A stretch of DNA of 64,000 bases from Myxococcota bacterium (GTDB lineage: Bacteria; Myxococcota_A; SURF-8). How positions within the stretch are numbered: position 1 is the first letter of the stretch; each line of letters opens with the position of its first letter. The position numbers and the translations under genes were made by a program. Below are positions 17,701 through 26,816 of this stretch, one piece after another. The stretch is from NCBI GenBank assembly GCA_963674735.2, contig CAXXQS010000002.1, forward strand, positions 672,001 to 736,000, in the 5' to 3' direction. The notes below the pieces were generated by a model, which ran no database searches, was not told where the DNA came from, and worked only from the letters and a program-made list of their open reading frames with translations.

Positions 17701-20128
17701 CACGAAACGTGATGGTGTCTTTGGCGTGCAGCACTTCACCACGATCTTTGACAAAGCAGTAAAGATCGACATCCACGGCATCCTGATCCGGGTTTTTCGT
17801 ATTGGCATGCAGATCATAGAGCACCACACCGTCCAGATCATGGTTCTTGACCAGCCGCTTGAAGCTGTCGGGCAAAAACGGATGCTGCCCGGGATAGATA
17901 CGCACCAGGTCACTCAGGTCCGGATCGTCCAGAACGGTGGCGTGGGTGCGAATCAGAGCCGCCAGATCCTTGTGAATCGAGCTTGAATCAAAACTGACGG
18001 GGTTAAACATCAGATCGCTCAAACCGCTCAGCGCCGAGGTTTCGACCTGATGGCGATCGAACAGAGCGACACGCTTGAGCGTCGTCGGCACGGCCTTGAC
18101 CAGATTACGCGTGGTGGGAAACAGCACATCGATCGTGGAAAGCTTCGGAGGTTCCGCCTTCTTCGCGCTCGTGCTTTCGCCGGGTTTCGGTTGCGGCTTG
18201 GCTTTGACCAGCCGTTCCACGGCTTTCGCATCGATCGCTTTAAGCCGTTCCAATGCACGGCCTTCTTCGGCTTTATCGCCTTTTTTGGCAAACAATTTCG
18301 CCTGTTCTTCCCACGCAGGCGCATAATCGGGGTAATTCGTCAACAAACGGCCGAGGCGATCGGCCGCCGCATCGTAAAAACGGCAAGCGGTCTGCAGAGC
18401 CGCTACATCCAATTCGAGCCGCGGCGATTTGATCGACTGACGATCGATGGCCTCAATCGTTTCCGAGGTTTTATCGCAATAGTTCGCTTTCTGATAAATG
18501 CGCCCCAAGGCAAGCTGGGCAAGCCGATTGCGCGGATCGGATTTGACCGCCCGCTCAAGATACAGGATGGCTTTGTCGATATCGGGCCGACGCTCGGAGA
18601 AGAACTCCCCGGCCATCAAATTTGTCAACAGATGCGCCCGTCCGGCGTCTGCGGCCTGGCCGATCAAGTCGGCCGCTTCATCCCAGCGTTTTTCCTGCAT
18701 GGCCCGTCGTGCATCCAGCAACAGAACCGAACGTTCCGTTTGAGCCGGAATCCGCTTTTGCAGTTCTTCAAGTTCCGCACGCTGCTCATTGGTCAGCCGG
18801 TCGAGATCCAGACGATCGACCGCCTGCTCCCATTTTCCGTGCTCGGCCGCGTTTAGAAAAGCCCGAATGGAGGCCGTAAAGTTGAGGCGTTTTTCATACC
18901 ATTCTCCGGCGATCAATTCATGCCCACCCGCTCGATTCGGACGGCCCGCTTTGATTTCGTGCTGAGCCAGGGCTTCATGCAACGCCGGATCCGTCGCACC
19001 GTGATTGATTGCGGCAGACCATTTTTCAGCCGCCTGAGAACGGTTTCCGAGCGCCGCTTCCACGTCTCCGGCAAGAGCCAAAAGTTGCGGATTATCGGTA
19101 TCGTAACGCTGCGCTTCCGCCAATGCCTGTCGGGCCTGAGACAAGCGCCGGGCTTGCAGGTGAAGTCGCGCCAGATTCAGACGCGCTCGAAATACCTGGG
19201 CGGGAGGAGCATCGATTTCGGCGTACAAGGCCGCCGCTTCATCGGTTTTCCCAAACAGGTCGGCAGCCATGGCTTTATCCAATGGGGAAAGATCATCCTC
19301 CCCACTCTCCATCCGTTCCCGGATCGCCGCCTTCATCATTTTTCCCTGAATACCGCCGAAAGGTGCTTCCAGACGCCGGGCGTCGAGCAGAATGCGAAGC
19401 CCTTCCGTCAAGGAGGTCCGATGACTCATTTCCATCCAGCCCTGCCCGAGCATGACCAGATCGTGGAAGGTCAGATCGGCCGGTAGCGCCGTCGCATCGA
19501 CCTTTTCGGGACGATTCAACACCCGTTGAATGCCGGCCGCAATCTCGGCGGTCGCTTTGACGGGATCGTTCATTCGCAAATCGAGGTGTAGCGAATTCTC
19601 GAAATGGGCGGTCACGCCGTTGTATACGCGCAAATCGACGATCAGACGGTCGTCCTGGCGTTCCAACCAGCCAAGTAGAGCCTTCGGCGCATCGAGTTTA
19701 AGACACAAGTAAGGAAGATCCCGGCGTAAAATCAAGTCGTTATCGCGACGGATGTTCCCCTTGGCCGCGGCTTCCACAACCTCAAAACGCGAAGATAATG
19801 ACAAACTCGGATCGTCGAGAGCATCGACAAGGCGAATGCCAAGTCCGACTGCCAGAGCAATATCTTCCCGGCTGCCCTGCAGGTAAAAAACGCTCCGCAA
19901 CGGAGTGGCGGAATGGCCCGGTTTTTCGACGCGCGTTCCCACTTGGGCGGGATCGATTTTCTTGACTGGCATAGACGGTTTGGGTGTGACTTCGGTCTCC
20001 ACGGTCTGGATGCCGGGAGCCTGAGCCGAAACCGGCGATACGGTTGAAAATAGCCCCGTTACAACCAGCATGAAGCTCAGACACAAACGCAAGACGTATG
20101 TTTTCTGCACGTGCTTATTCTTCCCCAT
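14708..20128 (-). CDS. Membrane Ser/Thr protein kinase: signal peptide, extracytoplasmic TPRs, single TM, cytoplasmic helical repeats, C-terminal Hanks kinase
   Basis: GRGAMG, VAYK, HRDIKPSN, DFGLAK, GTPLYMSPEQ; TM FGLILLPLLLIIGLGAAVFFYL near residue 830. Confidence 0.9.
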   Translation of the reverse strand: MGKNKHVQKTYVLRLCLSFMLVVTGLFSTVSPVSAQAPGIQTVETEVTPKPSMPVKKIDPAQVGTRVEKPGHSATPLRSVFYLQGSREDIALAVGLGIRLVDALDDPSLSLSSRFEVVEAAAKGNIRRDNDLILRRDLPYLCLKLDAPKALLGWLERQDDRLIVDLRVYNGVTAHFENSLHLDLRMNDPVKATAEIAAGIQRVLNRPEKVDATALPADLTFHDLVMLGQGWMEMSHRTSLTEGLRILLDARRLEAPFGGIQGKMMKAAIRERMESGEDDLSPLDKAMAADLFGKTDEAAALYAEIDAPPAQVFRARLNLARLHLQARRLSQARQALAEAQRYDTDNPQLLALAGDVEAALGNRSQAAEKWSAAINHGATDPALHEALAQHEIKAGRPNRAGGHELIAGEWYEKRLNFTASIRAFLNAAEHGKWEQAVDRLDLDRLTNEQRAELEELQKRIPAQTERSVLLLDARRAMQEKRWDEAADLIGQAADAGRAHLLTNLMAGEFFSERRPDIDKAILYLERAVKSDPRNRLAQLALGRIYQKANYCDKTSETIEAIDRQSIKSPRLELDVAALQTACRFYDAAADRLGRLLTNYPDYAPAWEEQAKLFAKKGDKAEEGRALERLKAIDAKAVERLVKAKPQPKPGESTSAKKAEPPKLSTIDVLFPTTRNLVKAVPTTLKRVALFDRHQVETSALSGLSDLMFNPVSFDSSSIHKDLAALIRTHATVLDDPDLSDLVRIYPGQHPFLPDSFKRLVKNHDLDGVVLYDLHANTKNPDQDAVDVDLYCFVKDRGEVLHAKDTITFRVEELMGFNFGLILLPLLLIIGLGAAVFFYLRIGRGRVSIRFNYDRTFEEGYFAVRLSSKPLEQPFNIEKLMKLPWLGNRADTEKKIRKFFKSSSRMIGLAERNQILLTGIPTGRHHVHVVGIMVNLDTSKPIGSHELIRRVRVEKDKTAELEVSLETNEAYVEVRIVETVMQVETVKEKDGDDEREVTREVQKMVEVGGATVEVNDDPAFTKVSILGEPVDYYLPFGMYRVLASYRDLAAVYQLEITDTTPKQIELRLQPKADVEANMPPVPRPILDESSLDAAPLGGQPPIPNVPPHPGAMASGSRSTAPPEPIELADDILDGVTPPVVQRSPSEVPLGMSSSRPVDLEDVFDTHTEDPVDNLFEAEAELGSSASKAQYLAKARQMQQNDRFNDAAELYLRAGEYDRAVEMCQKSGNQALTYKVYGISYLKAGNHREAVEMFKYAEEPLLEADALEGLRLFDEANRRRGAYWEDRGDIGRALAAFEKASAWDKIGELHEHLQNYQQAGEAYYRARRYQDAGECFLNANDVKRAAEAFEMDAQYLKAAELYKRLGSNVKIFNLLEKAGRFCEAAEGYKKFGLLDEAVHACQQVRPDSPDFLKASLIMGKIFIEKNEDQLARSVYHKVVENAQFDQGEIERFYEFGVLIQEQGMVHEAYALFERLQTVKYNYADVNIRVQNLLEQIDRERQEYGTAVPPGTLPPFPGYRSSVSGLAGAYQTPPPGSQTPVSNRYVFDQELGRGAMGIVYKARDTALDREVAYKTVANAIKENPASLKYFLSEAKSLAALNHVNIVTVYDVGQESNNYFITMEFVNGRSLADFVMEKGRLTVNNAVVIALKICAALEYAHNKNVVHRDIKPSNIMISSEGEVKIMDFGLAKIMTEAVQDKTVVRGTPLYMSPEQVEGVGVDHRSDIYSFGVTLFEMATGTLPFTKGDIAYHHLHTPPPAPTRYNPSLPEALERIVLKCLEKDKEKRYQSATDIKKDLAPLRTALLKNQG

Positions 20129-20266
20129 AATCTTTTTTCTTCACTACCCCATACGAGTTTGCCCCTTGTCGGCAAAGGCGTATAATTATAGCTAAATTGT
20201 TGGAAAAAGTAAATAATTTGTCTGCAAATCCACACGCCGTAAAATTTCCCGGCACGGTTTTTTCGC

Positions 20267-20295
20267 TTGACCCGACACCCCTGCCCCCCCATAAT
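20267..20295 (+). promoter_or_regulatory. sigma70-like promoter for the single-domain response regulator
   Basis: TTGACC-17 nt-CATAAT. Confidence 0.55.
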
Positions 20296-20399
20296 CGGCG
20301 TCTGGGTATTCCAACAATTGTATCAAGGGAGATTTGATCGGCCGTCGGCGCCTTTGTTATCAGTTTGCAACCTTGAACCAACCAGACGATGAGGTGACT

Positions 20400-20795
20400 T
20401 TGGAAAAAGAACACCCACAACAAAGTAAACGCGTGCTGTTACTCGATGACGATCCATCGGTATGCCGTGTCGCTAAACTCATCCTGGAGCGTAACGGTTT
20501 CACTGTGGATCTTTACAACAGCGGCTTGGAGGCCTGGACCGTTATCCAATCCCAAGGCGACTGCTACGACTTGATGATTTTCGACTACCTATTGGAAGAC
20601 ATGGACGGCGTGGTACTGATGCGCCAGACGCGCGACCTCTACCCACAAACGCATGTGATTCTTTTAAGCGGCTACAACCCCGAAGACGTCGTGCCCGACG
20701 ATCTGTGGTCGGATTTGAAAGACGGCGGACTGGGATTCATCACCAAGCCTTTCACCGTCTCCGACCTGCTTGACCAGGTGCACGCGCTGATCTAA
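20400..20795 (+). CDS. Single-domain (CheY-like) response regulator
   Basis: LLLDDD, FDYLL, LSG and KPF motifs; TTG start after GAGG. Confidence 0.85.
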   Translation: MEKEHPQQSKRVLLLDDDPSVCRVAKLILERNGFTVDLYNSGLEAWTVIQSQGDCYDLMIFDYLLEDMDGVVLMRQTRDLYPQTHVILLSGYNPEDVVPDDLWSDLKDGGLGFITKPFTVSDLLDQVHALI

Positions 20796-20861
20796 ACAAC
20801 AACTGCGCATACAAACCTGCGATGACAGACTTGTGCGGGACGAGAATCCGACCCCGAACAC

Positions 20862-20887
20862 AAAAAAAAACCGCCCATAGGGCGGTT
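20862..20887 (-). terminator. Rho-independent terminator downstream of tRNA-Gly
   Basis: AACCGCCC-ATA-GGGCGGTT hairpin followed by a T-run on the minus strand. Confidence 0.8.
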
Positions 20888-20898
20888 GACGGATTACT

Positions 20899-20973
20899 TG
20901 GAGCGGGAGACGGGACTTGAACCCGCGACTTGAAGCTTGGGAAGCTTCCACTCTACCACTGAGTTACTCCCGC
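20899..20973 (-). tRNA. tRNA-Gly (CCC)
   Basis: GCGGGAGTAACTCAGTGGTAGAGTGGAAGCTTCCCAAGCTTCAAGTCGCGGGTTCAAGTCCCGTCTCCCGCTCCA: cloverleaf, CCC anticodon, GGTTC T-loop, encoded CCA; upstream TTGACT-17-TAGAAA. Confidence 0.97.
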
Positions 20974-21147
20974 AATACAAGCCCGCATTTTCTAACAAAA
21001 CCCCGCCTCGGAGTCAAGTGAAATGCGTTCTCAGACATTTTTCCAACGAATGATTCCACGGAGTTTAGCTTCGGTTGACAGCCATCGGCAGGAAAGCTAA
21101 ACTCCGAAAGTCTCATTTCGACGACGTAACCAAAGTGGAGAGATTCC

Positions 21148-23112
21148 ATGTCACCACGATCCATCGTGTTCCTGATTCTACTCATAACCGCTTACTCGAC
21201 CCCTCTTAAGGCCGATGATTCGGGTCAATGGGAGATGATCTCCCTCAATTTCAACGACGGCAACCAGTGGGTTACCGGCGACATGCTCGATGACTCTTTC
21301 GGCCTGGCCTACGGGGTCGAGAAGGGATCGAACGGAAGCGCGCCGGTTTTCAAACGCACCGTAAACGGCGGAGAGTCTTGGAGCGCGGTCACCCTGCCCA
21401 ATTTCGGGGGCATGTTCACCTTCTTCACCGACATCCAAATCATCAATGAAAACCTGGCCTTCGCCGCCGGACTCGAAGTCGGTGTCGGCGGCAACAGCGC
21501 CGGACCGATCTGGCGCGTTACCAACAAAGGCCAGGATCTGGAACCCCTGATCGTCAGACTGGGCGAATTCCCCGACTGCCGCAAACTGTTCTGCCTCAAC
21601 GCCGACCGCTGCTGGGCGACCTGTGCGGAAGGGGAAATCATTCGAACCTCGAATGGGGGCGAAAACTGGCAATCCGGCACTCTACCGGTCACCGATCTGC
21701 AACCCGGACCCATCCATTTCATCAATGAAAACGAGGGCTGGTGCGCCATGTACGACTCGGAAACCACCGAGCCGCAACAGGAAGGCGAGGAGGCGATTTA
21801 CACCGTGTTCGACAAAGGCAGCCTGTTCAAAACCACCAACGGTGGCCAAAACTGGACCCAGCTTACCTCCGGCGAACACTACACCTACAGTTCCCTGCAA
21901 ATGATCGACGACCAAACCGGTTTTCTGGCGGCGGCCGATGAAACCCACGGCTATCTGATGAAAACCACCAACGGCGGCCAAAACTGGTTCATCCAACCCC
22001 TGCCACCCAGCGTTTCCGGACAATTCGGCGACATGCCGTTGTTTATCGTAGGCGGTCTGCATTTCTTCGACACCCAAACCGGTTGGATCACCGCCAGCTA
22101 CGGCGAACCCGATTCGCACATCGGTGCACCTCTGTATTTCTACTACACCGAAAACGGCGGCACACAATGGGAAGCTCACCAGGCCACCAACCCGACGGAC
22201 AGCAGCACCGTCGGCGGCATTATGTTCGATTTCGCCGTGGTGGACGAACACCTGGCTTACGGTTTCGGCGACTACCAGATGGTGGTACGCTACACAGACG
22301 GCCAATACGAACCGCCCGTAGACGGTGACGACCCCGACGGCGATGGCGATACCGATGGTGAGGTGGACACCGGCCCTATCTATACCGGCGCACCGGGCGA
22401 GCCGTGTCCCGTTCCGGGCGATTCCTCCACCTACGATCTGCCGCGCTGCGACCCGGCCCAGAACTCGGGTGTATGCGTGTGGAAAGACGACGTAGCGGCC
22501 CACTGCACCGCCACCTGCAACATCGACAGCGACTGCCGTTCACTCTCGCCCGACGCCTGTTGCAAACCCGTCACCTTCGAAGACCGCACCGAGCGTCTCT
22601 GCCTGCTCGACTCGAACCACTGCATCGATTACAGCGGCCAATGGTACGGCTATTGGGGAGCGCTTCTCGGCGAACCCTGCAAAGACGAGAGCCACCCCGA
22701 CAACCCGGACCGCGATCCGGCCTACGGCGGCGATTTCTGCATCGACGAACAAACCGGCGCCCAGCCCTTTTGCTCACAAGCTTGCACCAGCGACATCGGA
22801 TGTGAAGGCGGTTTCCAGTCCCAATTTTGTTGCACGGGAACGGCGCAAGACATGGCCTACTGCCGTTTCGGCGCCGCCTGCGACCCGGAACCGGAAGACG
22901 GCGACACCCCGATCGACGGTGATACCCCGACCGACGGCGATATCCCGACCGATGGCGACGGTTCCGACACCGGCGGGTCCGCCACAACGGAGGGCTCGTC
23001 CGGCGGCTGCGGACAGGGAACCCCGGCCGCAGGGCTGACGCTGCTGCTTCTCCTGGGCCTGCGGTTGCGCCGGTCCCGCAAAATCCGATTGCAGGCCGAC
23101 GGCGGCCGCTGA
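21148..23112 (+). CDS. Secreted YCF48/BNR beta-propeller protein with Cys-rich modules and MYXO-CTERM-like sorting tail
   Basis: Repeated (K/R)TxNGGxxW Asp-boxes; DGD linkers; tail SSGGCGQG…LTLLLLLGLRLRRSRK. Confidence 0.8.
   Translation: MSPRSIVFLILLITAYSTPLKADDSGQWEMISLNFNDGNQWVTGDMLDDSFGLAYGVEKGSNGSAPVFKRTVNGGESWSAVTLPNFGGMFTFFTDIQIINENLAFAAGLEVGVGGNSAGPIWRVTNKGQDLEPLIVRLGEFPDCRKLFCLNADRCWATCAEGEIIRTSNGGENWQSGTLPVTDLQPGPIHFINENEGWCAMYDSETTEPQQEGEEAIYTVFDKGSLFKTTNGGQNWTQLTSGEHYTYSSLQMIDDQTGFLAAADETHGYLMKTTNGGQNWFIQPLPPSVSGQFGDMPLFIVGGLHFFDTQTGWITASYGEPDSHIGAPLYFYYTENGGTQWEAHQATNPTDSSTVGGIMFDFAVVDEHLAYGFGDYQMVVRYTDGQYEPPVDGDDPDGDGDTDGEVDTGPIYTGAPGEPCPVPGDSSTYDLPRCDPAQNSGVCVWKDDVAAHCTATCNIDSDCRSLSPDACCKPVTFEDRTERLCLLDSNHCIDYSGQWYGYWGALLGEPCKDESHPDNPDRDPAYGGDFCIDEQTGAQPFCSQACTSDIGCEGGFQSQFCCTGTAQDMAYCRFGAACDPEPEDGDTPIDGDTPTDGDIPTDGDGSDTGGSATTEGSSGGCGQGTPAAGLTLLLLLGLRLRRSRKIRLQADGGR
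22897..22959 (+). repeat. 18-bp imperfect tandem repeat (3.5 copies) encoding DGDTPI/DGDTPT/DGDIPT
   Basis: Units begin at 22897, 22915, 22933 and 22951. Confidence 0.8.
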
Positions 23113-23143
23113 CCGGGCAATCGACGCCGGTTCGCGCAGGCGT

Positions 23144-23566
23144 TTACGGCTGGGTCGGCGAGTCGCGCACCACCGTGCGCACGGAAAACTGCGGCGGGTC
23201 GAGGATCGTCTTTTTCACCGCACATTGATCGGCTACACGCATGATGGCGGCGTGGTATTTTTCCGGAAAACTCGGCGGCACTTCGATCTCCAATGCAATT
23301 TCACCGATGCCTTTTCCCGACGGAAGCGGCGTCAACTTCTGCACCACTCTGATATCATCCGTGGAAATGTGGCGGCTCTGGCAGAAACGCGCCACGTAGA
23401 TTCCCGCACAGGTGGCAATGGAAGCGAGAAACAGAACGAAAGGCTCGGGGGCGCTGCCTTCACCGCCGGATTTGACCGACTGATCCGTCTTGATCTCGAC
23501 ACCCATGAAGTGGGCATCCACTTTCGCTCCGCCGGGGAAGGTAACGACCATGTCAGTTGTGCTCAT
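23144..23566 (-). CDS. OsmC family protein
   Basis: TDQSVKSGGEGSAPEPFVLFLASIATCAG…CAVKKTI with two conserved Cys; AAGGAG SD. Confidence 0.9.
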   Translation of the reverse strand: MSTTDMVVTFPGGAKVDAHFMGVEIKTDQSVKSGGEGSAPEPFVLFLASIATCAGIYVARFCQSRHISTDDIRVVQKLTPLPSGKGIGEIALEIEVPPSFPEKYHAAIMRVADQCAVKKTILDPPQFSVRTVVRDSPTQP

Positions 23567-23780
23567 CGGGTGGCTCCTTGGTTCGCGGTTGTCGGGCACA
23601 GCTCTTTCCGCGTTTAATGTAAGCCCGATCTTCCCGAATGCAAGGTAAGCAAAGGAGAATTAATCGGAGCGCCGGAAACCGAATCAGAGCGCGGAGGAGT
23701 TTTTCATCGCATCTCGGCTTTCAAAACGCTTTGTGGTATGATAGTTGCTCATCGTTCGCGACTGACTTCAGGGGATTTTC

Positions 23781-25178
23781 GTGCTCGCTCGACTGACTCA
23801 ACAGCTGCTCAGCCTCAAAGCCGCCGCGTTGAAAGGCTGGGACCAAGGCCAAGACTGGGTATGGCAACCCAACGAGTCGCTCGTTCCGCCGTGGCAACAG
23901 CTTCAAACGGTGGCGCGGCTGGCGCTGATCCTGGGTTACGGCATTCGCGACAACCGTCTGGTGGTGCGCGCCTCGGCCCTCACCACCATGTCGCTGTTGT
24001 CGGTGGTGCCCTTTATCGCCGTGGGAATCGCGCTTTTGCAGACCTTCGGCGTGTGGAACCCGGAAACGCTGCGCGATCAGCTTATGCGCGGACTGCCCGA
24101 GTTCAAAGCGGTGATCGAACGGGTATTCCCTCTTCTTGAACAAACCGATTTCGCTGCCCTGGGACGTCTCGGCCTACTGGTGCTGGCCGCCTCGGTACTC
24201 TCGATGTTCGGACGCATCGAACGTAGCTTCAATGCCCTGTGGGGCATTCGCCGCGATCGGCCGCTATGGCGCAAACTCATCGATTACACCGGCGTTATGC
24301 TGATGGTCACCCTGCTGCTGGTGAGTTCCTGGTTTTTCCAGATCCTCTCCCTCGACCTGACCGCCGAATTGACCGGCTGGTTGTCTCCGGGAGCGCTGAC
24401 ACGCGTCATTTCCACCGTCGCCTCGGTGGCTTTCATCAGCTTGAGTTTCGCCATTCTGATCAAAACCATGCCCAACACGGATGTCCCGCTCAAAGCGTCA
24501 CTGATTGCCGGTGCGGTGGGCGGTCTCGGCTACTCACTCGTCAGTTTCGGCTATTTCGAGCTCCAGCTCGGCATGGCCAAAACAAACTTGCTGTATTCGT
24601 CGTTGGCTTTTTTACCGGCCACCATCGTGTGGGTGGAAATTTCATGGATTCTCATCCTGGCCGCCGCCGAGCTGGCCTATGTTCTAACCAACTTCCATCG
24701 TTTCCGCCGCGAATTGCTAAGCGGCGTCGTATCCCCGGAATTTCAAGAGCATACGGCCCTTAAAGCCGCGGCCGAACTGGCGCGAAATCACCGACGAAAC
24801 ACCGACCAAGGCCTGGATATCGGCGAGTTGTCCGACCGCCTGCGCCTGCCCAGCCACTTCGTTGCACGGGTGTGTGACCGGCTGCGAGCAGTGGGAATCG
24901 TCGAGCCGCTGGCCAAAGGCCGCCTGCGCCTGGTTGCCGCCCGCAGCAAAGACTTACGCCCCAACGACGTCCTGATGGCGGTCCGTCGTCTGGGTCCGGC
25001 CCCCCATGGAACCGAAGACGATGCAGCTGGGCGTTTCATCGCGGGTTACGCCGAAACGGTGGAATCCCTGTTGGCCGGACTTCCCGAGAACGGTCGATTG
25101 CTCGACATGGTCGATCCCGGCGACGCGGAAACCGCGCAGGGCCAAAAACCTCGACAGCCGTCGGGAGACACCCTATAA
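23781..25178 (+). CDS. YihY/virulence factor BrkB family membrane protein with C-terminal winged-helix-like domain
   Basis: ASALT…LLSVVP, IERSFNALWGI, MPNTDV, LYSSLAFLP motifs. Confidence 0.85.
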   Translation: MLARLTQQLLSLKAAALKGWDQGQDWVWQPNESLVPPWQQLQTVARLALILGYGIRDNRLVVRASALTTMSLLSVVPFIAVGIALLQTFGVWNPETLRDQLMRGLPEFKAVIERVFPLLEQTDFAALGRLGLLVLAASVLSMFGRIERSFNALWGIRRDRPLWRKLIDYTGVMLMVTLLLVSSWFFQILSLDLTAELTGWLSPGALTRVISTVASVAFISLSFAILIKTMPNTDVPLKASLIAGAVGGLGYSLVSFGYFELQLGMAKTNLLYSSLAFLPATIVWVEISWILILAAAELAYVLTNFHRFRRELLSGVVSPEFQEHTALKAAAELARNHRRNTDQGLDIGELSDRLRLPSHFVARVCDRLRAVGIVEPLAKGRLRLVAARSKDLRPNDVLMAVRRLGPAPHGTEDDAAGRFIAGYAETVESLLAGLPENGRLLDMVDPGDAETAQGQKPRQPSGDTL

Positions 25179-25185
25179 TCGAAAC

Positions 25186-25770
25186 ATGACACGCTTGTTT
25201 CATGCACTTCCCGTTCTCGTTGTCGCGCTCTTTTTCACCGGCGCTTGCGGCACGGGTTATGGCGATGGCCGCGGTAAAATAAGCGGCGTCGTGTGCCTCA
25301 ATCCCGATGACCCGACCGACTGCAACGACGCCTTTCATTTCACTCCCGATTTTTTCGCCATCGAGCAGGTCGGCGAACGCACGGTACTCGATCTGCGCGC
25401 CAAAGGCCGGGCGGAAGAAGAAGCCGATATCCTGCTCTTTTATCTCTACGACGTCGATGCCGTTCGCGCCCGCAACCTATGCGAAGACGGCGTGGAACTC
25501 CAGGAAGATGGCCTGGTGCGTCCGCAATTGCATCTCAACCGCAGCTACGGCGCCGATCACTACCCTCTGACCGTCTCGCCCGACTCCGAAAAGTCGGTTA
25601 TCCGCTTCGACCGCTTCACCTTGGAAAATGGCGAACGGATCGAAGGAAGCTTCAACATGCAACTCGTCGGTCGACCCGATGAGGCGGCGCGCGGACAGTT
25701 GAGCGGCTGGTTTCGCTTCGATGTACATGAAGCGCCGCCCGGCAACAACGTGGAACTCGACAACTGGTAA
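25186..25770 (+). CDS. Hypothetical lipoprotein
   Basis: Lipobox TGAC; FxPxFFA-type motif; preceded by TCGACA-17-TATAAT. Confidence 0.7.
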   Translation: MTRLFHALPVLVVALFFTGACGTGYGDGRGKISGVVCLNPDDPTDCNDAFHFTPDFFAIEQVGERTVLDLRAKGRAEEEADILLFYLYDVDAVRARNLCEDGVELQEDGLVRPQLHLNRSYGADHYPLTVSPDSEKSVIRFDRFTLENGERIEGSFNMQLVGRPDEAARGQLSGWFRFDVHEAPPGNNVELDNW

Positions 25771-25783
25771 GAAAGCAATAATC

Positions 25784-26707
25784 ATGAACGATTCTCAATA
25801 TCTGCACGCGCGGGGAACCGTCCCCGAATCTCTGGCCGACGACGCCGAAGCCCTGCTCCTGTTCGAAGGGGTCAAAGGCGTTCAGCGTGTCGACAGTACC
25901 TTTCTCCCGCCGGGCGAAACACCGCCCGCAACCGGTGACTGTCGTATCGAGTTTTACCTGCCGGCCAGTTCCAATACCGAACAGGGCCTTTTGCCACGCA
26001 TCAAGGACCAATGGAATGCCTTTATCGCGCGTCACTCCCTCGATCCGATAGGCTCGGCCCTGCAGATCGAAGCGCTGGATTCGGAGGAATGGGCTACCAG
26101 TTGGCGACGTTTTTTCCACCCCTTGAAGATCGGGCAACGCCTGTGGATCTCGCCAAGCTGGGAACCCGCCGTCCTGCAACCCGGCGACCTGAACATCGAA
26201 ATCGATCCCGGCATGGCTTTCGGCACCGGCTCCCACGAAACCACCCGCCTGATCCTCGATTGGCTCGACGCCCAGGCCGAAGCAGGCGCGCTCCCCGAGG
26301 TCTTGCTGGATGTCGGCGCGGGTTCGGGCGTGCTGAGCCTCGCCGCACTCCGTTTGGGCGCTCACCGAATCGTGGCGATCGACAACGATCCCGAAGCGGT
26401 GCGCGTGGCAGGTGAAAACACGAAACGAAACGGCATCGACGCGGAACAATTCAACGTCACGCTCACCCCGGTCGCCGCTCTTGACGGCGCTTATCCGGTC
26501 GTCATGGCCAACATTCTTTCCTCCATTCTGCTGGCCATGAAAGACGACCTGGCGCGCCTCACCGAATCGGGCGGCATGTTGCTGCTATCGGGTATTTTGG
26601 AAGAGGAAGCCGACGAGGTGGTCGATGCCTTCGTTCGCACCGGACTGAGCCACACCCACACCCGCCTCCTCAACGGCTGGGCGCTGCTGGAATTCAGCCA
26701 TTCCTGA
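25784..26707 (+). CDS. prmA: Ribosomal protein L11 methyltransferase
   Basis: WATSWRRFFHP, IDPGMAFGTGSHETT, LDVGAGSGVL, ANI, LSGIL. Confidence 0.95.
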   Translation: MNDSQYLHARGTVPESLADDAEALLLFEGVKGVQRVDSTFLPPGETPPATGDCRIEFYLPASSNTEQGLLPRIKDQWNAFIARHSLDPIGSALQIEALDSEEWATSWRRFFHPLKIGQRLWISPSWEPAVLQPGDLNIEIDPGMAFGTGSHETTRLILDWLDAQAEAGALPEVLLDVGAGSGVLSLAALRLGAHRIVAIDNDPEAVRVAGENTKRNGIDAEQFNVTLTPVAALDGAYPVVMANILSSILLAMKDDLARLTESGGMLLLSGILEEEADEVVDAFVRTGLSHTHTRLLNGWALLEFSHS

Positions 26708-26816
26708 CGATTCGCCCAACCGGCTCTAAATCGTGGAAATTCATCGCGGTCTGTGCTATTATACTGAGTGGTTTTTTCAAGGTTCCCACAAATGGCAAGG
26801 ATGGCGGACACGAAAC

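Noticed and set aside
20899-23112. Genomic island integrated at tRNA-Gly
   Set aside because: No integrase, no duplicated tRNA 3' end seen, and an intact terminator directly follows the tRNA.
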